Origin: a virus
Direction: 5' to 3' (one strand)
Virus record (IMG/VR): IMGVR_UViG_3300043958_000061
Location: 1 to 37,643 of that record
DNA: 37,643 nucleotides
Shown: positions 1 through 5,596 of the stretch, in pieces
Layout of the letters: the number at the start of each line of letters is the position of its first letter
Numbering within the stretch: the stretch's first letter is position 1
Notes under the pieces: generated by a model
What the model was told of the DNA's origin: nothing
The model's database searches: none
The model's input: the letters and a program-made list of their open reading frames with translations, nothing else
Made by a program: the position numbers and the translations under genes

Positions 1-127
1 TATGGGCCCACCGAACACGCCATCACTGACTGGAATCTTTTACAGAGCGCAACGTACTGGACGGCGCGACGAATCATCACTGACGACATTCCCGAGGAGG
101 AAGAAATGAACGACAACCAGGCATATA
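1..127. repeat. 127-bp terminal overlap identical to 37517..37643; circular-assembly closure rather than a biological terminal repeat
   Basis: Bases 1-127 (TATGGGCCCACCGAACACGCC...AACCAGGCATATA) recur exactly as the last 127 bases. The overlap lies inside an open reading frame. Confidence 0.9.
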
Positions 128-378
128 TGCTCGAACAACTCTTTGCAGACCGCAAAGCACAAGCCGAATCCCGGTGGGCGATCAACCAGATCCGAGGGAC
201 AGATATCCCACGCATCAACGGCGTCCTCGCCGCCCAAGGCGAGGCGATCAAGCAGCTCTCCGGAGGCACTATCGACATGGACGCGATCACCGCCGCCGCT
301 GAGAAAGGCGCTAAAGAGGGTGCAGCGGCCATCACCGCTGCCGACGTCGCCGCACAACTCGAAGTGAAAGCGAAGTAA
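1..378 (+). CDS. Endolysin, C-terminal part (continuation of 37127..37643 across the circular junction); non-catalytic C-terminal domain
   Basis: Frame 1 is open from base 1 to the TAA at 376-378. It is in frame with the ORF that runs off the window end (position 37517 equals position 1). The ORF track only shows the internal Met at 106. Confidence 0.8.
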   Translation, partial: YGPTEHAITDWNLLQSATYWTARRIITDDIPEEEEMNDNQAYMLEQLFADRKAQAESRWAINQIRGTDIPRINGVLAAQGEAIKQLSGGTIDMDAITAAAEKGAKEGAAAITAADVAAQLEVKAK

Positions 379-381
379 CCC

Positions 382-669
382 ATGAACACCAACGATTCAA
401 CTATCCAACAGGTAGCCACCCGCATGATCCCCGAGAAAGTCCGTTGGGGTATCCTCCTCGCCGTCTTTGTCTTGCAGTCGGTCACGGCCGCGCTTCTCGC
501 CGCATATTCGGCGGTCGGGGAAGACTCGCCCACATGGCTAGCGTTTGCTGCGGCGTTCCTGCTCGCGATCTCCGCACCAGTCACTCTCCTCGCGGCCGTC
601 AACGTCACCAAAACACCGACTGACACGGCGATCGCCACAGGAGCCGCGACCTCTACCGACGCGGGGTGA
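382..669 (+). CDS. Holin (two predicted transmembrane helices)
   Basis: 95 aa with two hydrophobic stretches (WGILLAVFVLQSVTAALLAAY and WLAFAAAFLLAISAPVTLLAAV). It lies immediately after the endolysin. Confidence 0.7.
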   Translation: MNTNDSTIQQVATRMIPEKVRWGILLAVFVLQSVTAALLAAYSAVGEDSPTWLAFAAAFLLAISAPVTLLAAVNVTKTPTDTAIATGAATSTDAG

Positions 670-672
670 CCT

Positions 673-942
673 ATGGGCGGAATTGATACGGGCATCATCG
701 TCGCGGCTATCGCGGCAGTAGGAGGAGTCGCGGTGGCGTGGATCAAATGGCGGACCGATAAAGAGTCGAACGCTATCGCCGTCTTGCGGGTCCTCGTGGA
801 AGAACAAGGCGACGAACTGGAGACGCTCAGGAGCCGTGTGGACGCGCTGGAGCGTGAACGGCAGTCCGATCACGAGTATATCCAGATTTTGCGGGATCAT
901 ATTTATAAGCGACTTCCGCCGCCGCCGCCCCCGCACCCATAA
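673..942 (+). CDS. Lysis-cassette membrane protein (N-terminal TM helix, coiled coil, poly-Pro tail)
   Basis: 89 aa with an N-terminal hydrophobic helix (IIVAAIAAVGGVAVAWI), a charged helical region and a C-terminal PPPPPPPHP. It is the last gene before a strong terminator. Confidence 0.55.
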   Translation: MGGIDTGIIVAAIAAVGGVAVAWIKWRTDKESNAIAVLRVLVEEQGDELETLRSRVDALERERQSDHEYIQILRDHIYKRLPPPPPPHP

Positions 943-949
943 AAACTTT

Positions 950-987
950 CCCCGGTCTCACCTGATGGTGGGGCCGGGGAGTTTTTT
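950..987. terminator. Bidirectional intrinsic terminator between the lysis cassette (+) and the leftward accessory operon with its mini-array (-)
   Basis: 13-bp stem CCCCGGTCTCACC / GGTGGGGCCGGGG with loop TGAT. It is followed by a T6 run on + and flanked by A/T runs on -. Confidence 0.8.
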
Positions 988-1073
988 ATACCCCGTCTGC
1001 ACGGGGAACATTCCTGCTGCACCGATATTTGGTTAACGTAATATCGGCTCATCCCCGTCTGCACGGGGAACAT
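983..1073 (-). CRISPR. Cas-less type I-E-like mini-CRISPR array: repeat (1073..1045), 33-nt spacer (1044..1012), 3'-degenerate repeat (1011..983)
   Basis: Minus-strand repeat 1 is ATGTTCCCCGTGCAGACGGGGATGAGCCG and repeat 2 is ATGTTCCCCGTGCAGACGGGGTATAAAAA, with a 62-bp period. Each has a 6-bp stem and 4-nt loop (CCCCGT GCAG ACGGGG) and GTTCCCCG...CGGGGATGAGCCG flanks, as in I-E repeats such as E. coli GAGTTCCCCGCGCCAGCGGGGATAAACCG. Confidence 0.8.
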
Positions 1074-1086
1074 TGACTCGATGGTA

Positions 1087-1710
1087 TCACTCCTCCCTGG
1101 CTTGGGCGCGGGTTTTCATCTGATAGATCGCGGAGCGGTCAATCTTGTAGCGGCGGGCGAGCGTGGTGGCAGATTCGCCATCCGCGAGCGCCTGGAGGAT
1201 CATACGGTCGCGTTTTTCGACGAGGGTAGCGGCGAGTCTGCGGGCGGCTTCTAGCGCTGCCTGGGTGGGGTCGAGGTTGGTGTGCCAGTCGTCGAGGGCG
1301 GCGAGCTCTTTCCGGTAGGAGGCTTGCATGATTTCGGCGGAGTTGGACCCTGGGTCTGTGCCCTTGTATTGGGTGGGGAGTCGGTGGCCGTGGTCGGTGC
1401 GGGCTTCCCATGCGGGGGTGATCTGCCAGGTTCCGAGGTGGTAGGTGGCGCGGTGTGGACGGCCTGAGGGGACGATCCGTTTCGGGTTCCGCTCGTCGGG
1501 CACTCCGGCAGTGACGAGGAGGATTGAGGGTTCTTCTTTCTTGTCGTCGGGGTCGTCAGGTTTTTTGTCTCCGTCGTGGAGGATGTCCCAGACGATGATC
1601 CAGCCGTCTGCCTGGGCGTCGGTGCCGTCTGCGAGCTGGTAGACGTTTTTTACGGGGTAGGCGGTGCCGGGCTGGTAGTCGATGAGGCCGGCGGTGACGG
1701 TGTGCTCCAT
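1087..1710 (-). CDS. Hypothetical protein with C-terminal helix-turn-helix (candidate regulator of the accessory operon)
   Basis: 207 aa. The RBS GAAAGGAA precedes the ATG at 1710. The C-terminal segment LADGESATTLARRYKIDRSAIYQMK looks like a resolvase/sigma-r4-type HTH. I do not recognise the N-terminal domain. Confidence 0.7.
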   Translation of the reverse strand: MEHTVTAGLIDYQPGTAYPVKNVYQLADGTDAQADGWIIVWDILHDGDKKPDDPDDKKEEPSILLVTAGVPDERNPKRIVPSGRPHRATYHLGTWQITPAWEARTDHGHRLPTQYKGTDPGSNSAEIMQASYRKELAALDDWHTNLDPTQAALEAARRLAATLVEKRDRMILQALADGESATTLARRYKIDRSAIYQMKTRAQAREE

Positions 1711-1734
1711 GAGCGGGGTTCCTTTCTTCGGGGT

Positions 1735-2139
1735 TTAGTAGATCTCTTCGGCATGGTCGAGGATCGCGGTGTAGGCGTCGATGCCGACGTGTCCGGTCTC
1801 GTACTGCCAGTCGACTAGGTCGGAGACGATCTGGAAGAAGTGTTCCATGGTCTCGGCGTCGACGAGTTCGGCGGTGGTGGGGAGGGTGAGGCGCTCGCCC
1901 ATCCATGCGTCGCATGGAGTGTCCTCGGACTCGGGGCCGTCGATGCGGACGATGACCGGATCCGAGGCTTCGATCGCCATGACTGAGATGTAGGCGGCGA
2001 GCTCAGGGAGGGTGTCCATGCCAGAGACTCCGTGGCGTACAGCGTCGTCGTCTCCGTCCATGGGGAAGGAGTACTGCTGCTCTGGGTCGAGCAGGTCGCT
2101 GATGTCGCGGGACTTGTCTTGCATCCGGTAGGTTTCCAT
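1735..2139 (-). CDS. Highly acidic hypothetical protein (candidate DNA mimic / anti-defence protein)
   Basis: 134 aa. The RBS GAGGAAAAG precedes the ATG at 2139. By my count it has 31 D/E against 6 K/R. It is the first gene of a two-gene leftward operon, 24 nt upstream of the next CDS. Confidence 0.7.
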   Translation of the reverse strand: METYRMQDKSRDISDLLDPEQQYSFPMDGDDDAVRHGVSGMDTLPELAAYISVMAIEASDPVIVRIDGPESEDTPCDAWMGERLTLPTTAELVDAETMEHFFQIVSDLVDWQYETGHVGIDAYTAILDHAEEIY

Positions 2140-2156
2140 TTTCTTTTCCTCTCTGC

Positions 2157-2198
2157 CTTACATTGTCTAGTGTACTCTACACTAGACACTAATGTAAG
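2157..2198 (-). promoter_or_regulatory. Imperfect 42-bp palindrome overlapping a candidate sigma70-like promoter of the leftward accessory operon
   Basis: CTTACATTGTCTAGTGTA-CTC-TACACTAGACACTAATGTAAG. On the minus strand, TTACAT (2197..2192), a 17-nt spacer and TACACT (2174..2169) lie inside the dyad. The local region is AT-rich. Confidence 0.45.
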
Positions 2199-2338
2199 AG
2201 GAAAACCATCAATAAATATGCATCACATCACACGCGTGGATTACCGCCTGCACGGATAGCCCACGCCCCGCACGATCACGGCCGGCAGACGTTTTTGATG
2301 GTTTTGATACGGTCCGGGGAAGTAAAAACGAGGGGAAA

Positions 2339-3610
2339 TCACGCCTCAAGAGGAGGCTGTGCCGAACCTTCCAGGTCGAGAAGTTTTGCCACCTGCTCGA
2401 GAGCCTTCGCCGTCTGCGCTGCCGTGACCGTCATGTATCCCTCGGACGTCACGATTGACGAATGTCCAAGTATTTGCGTTATCACCACAGGCTCGATATG
2501 CGCGGCCAGGAGAAGCGATGCTGTAGCATTCCTTGCCTCATGGAGCACGTAGTAGGTGTATGTCGATTTTCCTTGCGCGCCAGCTTTCACGCCCTTGTGG
2601 ATGCCCGCAACCTCTTGGAGGTGCTTCCATTGCGCGAGGTCGTGAGATTTGTTTTCGGGGATGCCGGACGCGTCGTGAGGCCACACGAGATTATATGGGG
2701 ATCCGGGCCAATGGGCTTTCCACGCGAGGAGCCTTTCACGCATCGCGGGGATCATCGGGATCGTCCGGTATCCGGCCCGCGATTTCGGCGGCGTGAGAAA
2801 ATATCGTCCGTACAGGCGGCGCACCTGCATGTCTGGCGGGATGGCGAACGCATCTTTTTCACGGTCAGAATACGGGAGTTCTTGCAGCTGCCACCTGATC
2901 GTGATGAGGTTACGCTGAAAATCGACTTGATCCCACGTGAGGCCAAGACACTCCCCCTGACGCATCCCTTGGAGTAATGCGGCGATCCAGCGAGAGCCGT
3001 CTTGGACGCCTTGCTGTGGGTTGCCTTCGATGGACCAGGAGAGGGCCGCGAGTTTTTTCGCGTCCTCTACTGGTATCGCCGTCCGGTCGGACACTGAGGT
3101 TTTGGGGCGCCGCATCGCGATCACTGCGGCAGGGATGGGCTTTCCTTCCATCACCGCGTCCTTGAGGGCTTGCTGGAGGATCCGCTGCGTGTAGGCGATA
3201 AGCGTCGCGCTGCATCCTGCTTTGTCCATGACTGTGCGGACGGTTCGAATGTGGTCCGGGGTGAGGTCTTTTAGTTGCGTGTCACCGATGGTTGGGATCA
3301 CGTATTTTCGTAGTGGTCCGGATTCCGCGGCGTACGTTTTGGGTCGGACGGTTTGGGCACGTTCGGCTAGCCAGGTGTCTATCCAATGTTTGAGGTCCAT
3401 TCCGTGTGTTGGTGCGGCGACGGGGCCTTCGATGGAAACTTCCTGTTGCCGGTCGCGGAGCTTTTCTTGGCAGAGTTTTTTGGTTTTCGCGGTGACGGTG
3501 AGGCGGCGGCGTTTCCCGGACGCGGTGTATCCGGCGTCAAATTGGCCGCGCCAACGTCCGTCTGGAAGTTGGAAGATTGTTCCGGTGCCTTTGTCGCGTC
3601 GTGTCGTCAT
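2339..3610 (-). CDS. int: Tyrosine integrase
   Basis: N-terminus MTTRRDKGTGTIFQLPDGRWRGQF. Catalytic motifs are GMRQGECLGLTW (Arg), LHEARN (H-x-x-R) and LGHSSIVTSEGY (His/Tyr). The track ORF extends to 3679, but the Met at 3610 fits family N-termini. Confidence 0.9.
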   Translation of the reverse strand: MTTRRDKGTGTIFQLPDGRWRGQFDAGYTASGKRRRLTVTAKTKKLCQEKLRDRQQEVSIEGPVAAPTHGMDLKHWIDTWLAERAQTVRPKTYAAESGPLRKYVIPTIGDTQLKDLTPDHIRTVRTVMDKAGCSATLIAYTQRILQQALKDAVMEGKPIPAAVIAMRRPKTSVSDRTAIPVEDAKKLAALSWSIEGNPQQGVQDGSRWIAALLQGMRQGECLGLTWDQVDFQRNLITIRWQLQELPYSDREKDAFAIPPDMQVRRLYGRYFLTPPKSRAGYRTIPMIPAMRERLLAWKAHWPGSPYNLVWPHDASGIPENKSHDLAQWKHLQEVAGIHKGVKAGAQGKSTYTYYVLHEARNATASLLLAAHIEPVVITQILGHSSIVTSEGYMTVTAAQTAKALEQVAKLLDLEGSAQPPLEA

Positions 3611-3711
3611 GTTGGTTAGCCTATCCGGTAGCCTATCTGTGATACGTCTAGGGTATAGCGTAGGGCGGTCTTTCCGCAAGATTTCGCCAAAAAGTAGCGT
3701 TTACTATAGGG

Positions 3712-3766
3712 TATCCTACCGCCTCCTAAGCGGTAGGTCGAAGGTTCGAATCCTTTCGGGGGCACT
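3712..3766 (+). other. attP core candidate: 3' portion of a tRNA-Arg(CCT) gene (anticodon arm, variable loop, T-arm, 3' acceptor strand)
   Basis: ACCGC-CTCCTAA-GCGGT anticodon arm (anticodon CCT), AGGTC, GAAGG-TTCGAAT-CCTTT T-arm, and CGGGGGC-A acceptor plus discriminator. There is no matching 5' acceptor or D-arm upstream. It lies about 100 bp from the int start. Confidence 0.7.
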
Positions 3767-3877
3767 AGCATGAAATGGCGATATACCGCCGATCGGTCCG
3801 ACACGGCAGCTGCTCCGAACAGGTCCTCCAGTGGCGGAAATAGCCAATCGATTAGCCAAAGTGCGTCCCACAAAATG

Positions 3878-3911
3878 AAATAACCCCCAGCCGTGAAGCT
3901 GGGGGTTATTT
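3878..3911. terminator. Strong hairpin / bidirectional terminator
   Basis: AAATAACCCCCAGC-CGTGAA-GCTGGGGGTTATTT, a 14-bp perfect stem flanked by A/T runs on both sides. Confidence 0.7.
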
Positions 3912-3991
3912 CTTTATACGGAGTTAGTTCCTGCGCAGGGAATGTTTGTGGAATGGTTTCTGTCTCCTATGCCTGACCTATCCTTACCTAC

Positions 3992-4046
3992 TCTCCGGTG
4001 AGTCTCCGGTGAGTCACCGGTGAGTCACCGGTGAGTCACCGGTGAC
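3992..4046. repeat. Five tandem 11-bp units (TCTCCGGTGAG x2, TCACCGGTGAG x2, TCACCGGTGAC) containing the palindrome TCACCGGTGA
   Basis: Read directly. The period is 11 bp, about one helical turn. It lies between attP and the repressor gene. Confidence 0.9.
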
Positions 4047-4121
4047 AGGCAGACTAGACGGACGCTGTTCGAACGACTGTTCGAAATGTGTCCTTTCGAC
4101 ACAATATGTTAGTGTCATGGA

Positions 4122-4147
4122 CAAAAGTAGTGGCGGGCCCCGTAGAA
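4122..4147 (-). terminator. Hairpin downstream of the repressor gene
   Basis: GGCGGGCC-N10-GGCCCGCC, 17 nt after the repressor stop. The T-tract is weak. Confidence 0.35.
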
Positions 4148-4163
4148 GAGGCCCGCCGGTCGG

Positions 4164-4415
4164 TTACTGGTTTTCTTTTGCCCGTCTCTCGATCTCACTG
4201 AGGAGCTTCGAGAACGGGATGCCGAAAGCCGCCGCGATTGCCGCGAGCTGCACGGCGGTGGGGGATCGAATACCTTCCTCGTAAAGCCTGTACGAAGTTC
4301 TGGTAATTCCGGTCAGCCTCGCCGTTTCGGCTTGTGATTGCTGAGCGATTCCCCGCTCAGCTCGTAGAGTCTCAGCAGTTGCTAGGGCCCACCTTCTTTC
4401 TGTTTCCTGTTCCAT
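4164..4415 (-). CDS. cI-like XRE-family HTH repressor
   Basis: HTH segment QSQAETARLTGITRTSYRLYEEGIRSPTAVQLAAIAAAFGI. It is divergent from a Cro-like gene. The Met at 4415 lies 7 nt from a TAGGCT -10, so it may be leaderless. The track ORF reaches 4457. Confidence 0.8.
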   Translation of the reverse strand: MEQETERRWALATAETLRAERGIAQQSQAETARLTGITRTSYRLYEEGIRSPTAVQLAAIAAAFGIPFSKLLSEIERRAKENQ

Positions 4416-4511
4416 ACGAAACAGCCTAGCATCTGTACGGCAACAAATCAACGTCAATTAGATACACTTTTGCGCTTGCGCATGTTCCGAATGACTACTA
4501 GGATGTTTCAT
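4416..4511. promoter_or_regulatory. Genetic-switch intergenic region with back-to-back candidate promoters and a TGCGC-TT-GCGCA dyad
   Basis: Leftward promoter: TTGATT (4451..4446), 17 nt, TAGGCT (4428..4423), 7 nt, ATG. Rightward promoter: TTGCGC (4476..4481), 17 nt, TAGGAT (4499..4504), 7 nt, ATG at 4512. The dyad at 4471..4482 overlaps the rightward -35. Confidence 0.4.
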
Positions 4512-4754
4512 ATGGCGACACCAAACGAATTGAGCGATCGGCTCGCAGACGCGATCCGAGACGCAACAACAGCCGCGGGAGTCTCTCAACGAGAACTCGC
4601 CGCCCGCACGGGCATTCCACTTGTGACCATAAATCGCAAGCTCAACCACGCGAGCCCGTTCAACGCCATCGAGCTCGGAGCAATCTCCGAAGCCCTTGGC
4701 ACCTCCCTCGTCGATCTCGCCCTCAAGGCCGAAAGGCAGCTTGTACGGGCATGA
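4512..4754 (+). CDS. Cro-like XRE-family HTH regulator
   Basis: MATPNELSDRL...GVSQRELAARTGIPLVTINRKLN. It is divergent from the repressor. The track ORF starts at 4470, but ATG 4512 fits a leaderless start. Confidence 0.75.
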   Translation: MATPNELSDRLADAIRDATTAAGVSQRELAARTGIPLVTINRKLNHASPFNAIELGAISEALGTSLVDLALKAERQLVRA

Positions 4755-4804
4755 GAAAAATGCCTTCACCCGTTGCTGCGGGTGAAGGCGATGAAAGGAA
4801 AACA

Positions 4805-5596
4805 ATGAATCAGATTATCCCATTCACCTACGAGTCTAGCGAGCTACGCACGCTCACGCTAGACGGCGAACCATGGTTTATCGCTGCGGACGTATGCAAA
4901 ATCCTAGAAATTGCGAATCCGACCGACGCAATCAAGCGTCTTGATGAGGACGAGAAGGCTAGATTCAATCTAGGGTTGCCTGGTGGCGGCACAAACGTTG
5001 TCAACGAGTCTGGTTTATACAATCTCATTCTCGGCTCACGCAAGCCAGAAGCTAAAGAGTTTAAGCGCTGGGTGACTCACGAAGTTATCCCCTCGATCCG
5101 CAAGACTGGATCATATGGTACGCCTCAACTCTCCGGCCCGGCGCTCTACCTAGCGGCTATCGAGCAGGCGCAGAGCGAAATTGCGGCCCTCGAAGCGAAA
5201 ACCCGCGAGCTGGAACCGAAAGCTGATTCGTTTGATGGCTTCCTCTCCTCGAGAGGAGACTACAGCCTCAACGAGGGCGCGAAACTCCTCGCCCGTAACG
5301 GCGTACCAGACATCGGGCAAAACCGGCTCCGAGATCACCTGCTGCGGTGGGGCTGGCTCTATCGAGGCCGCAAGAATCGCCTCCGCGCCGCACAGGCCGC
5401 AATCGAAGCCGGCAGACTCGCCGAGCGCACCTCCTGGTACTACGACGACGAGACCGGCGAAAAGCTCGCCGGAGCAGTCCAGGCAGTCATCACACCGAAA
5501 GGCCTCGACGACGTGAAGGCGCGGCTCATGCGCGAACAAGGATTCGCCCTCGTCGATGCTGACGGCAAGGTACTCGCGGAAGTGGAGGCGTCCTGA
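4805..5596 (+). CDS. Antirepressor (Bro-N domain plus KilAC/ANT-like C-terminal domain)
   Basis: N-terminus IIPFTYESSELRTLTLDGEPWFIAADVCKILEI...ESGLYNLILGSRKPEAKEFKRWVTHEVIPSIRKTG is a typical Bro-N. The RBS AAAGGAAAA precedes ATG 4805. Confidence 0.85.
   Translation: MNQIIPFTYESSELRTLTLDGEPWFIAADVCKILEIANPTDAIKRLDEDEKARFNLGLPGGGTNVVNESGLYNLILGSRKPEAKEFKRWVTHEVIPSIRKTGSYGTPQLSGPALYLAAIEQAQSEIAALEAKTRELEPKADSFDGFLSSRGDYSLNEGAKLLARNGVPDIGQNRLRDHLLRWGWLYRGRKNRLRAAQAAIEAGRLAERTSWYYDDETGEKLAGAVQAVITPKGLDDVKARLMREQGFALVDADGKVLAEVEAS

Noticed and set aside
1-127. The 127-bp terminal repeat as a biological direct terminal repeat (DTR packaging)
   Set aside because: It lies inside the endolysin ORF. 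Its length looks like an assembler k-mer overlap. The genome also has HNH-TerS-TerL organisation, which suggests cos ends elsewhere.
917-936. The CCG-rich tract (CCGCCGCCGCCGCCCCCGCACCC) as a regulatory repeat
   Set aside because: It is the in-frame coding sequence for the poly-proline C-terminus of the 673..942 protein.
3700-3766. A complete, functional phage tRNA-Arg gene
   Set aside because: Only the anticodon arm through the 3' acceptor strand is tRNA-like. The upstream sequence (GTTTACTATAGGGTATCC) cannot form the 5' acceptor strand (expected GCCCCCG) or a D-arm. It is better explained as an attP core.
3222-3873. + strand ORF 3222..3773 and minus-strand ORF 3616..3873 around the integrase start and attP
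   Set aside because: The first is antisense to the integrase. The second runs through the tRNA-like attP core and the int 5' end. Neither has an RBS or a recognisable motif.
3992-4046. The 11-bp tandem array as a CRISPR array
   Set aside because: The units are contiguous with no spacers and far too short. It is a tandem repeat or binding-site array.
3610-4457. Classical integration-dependent immunity (attP inside the repressor gene)
   Set aside because: The attP core (3712..3766) is about 400 bp beyond the repressor stop (4164), with two hairpins in between. Integration would therefore not truncate the repressor ORF. Only the unusual gene order is noted.
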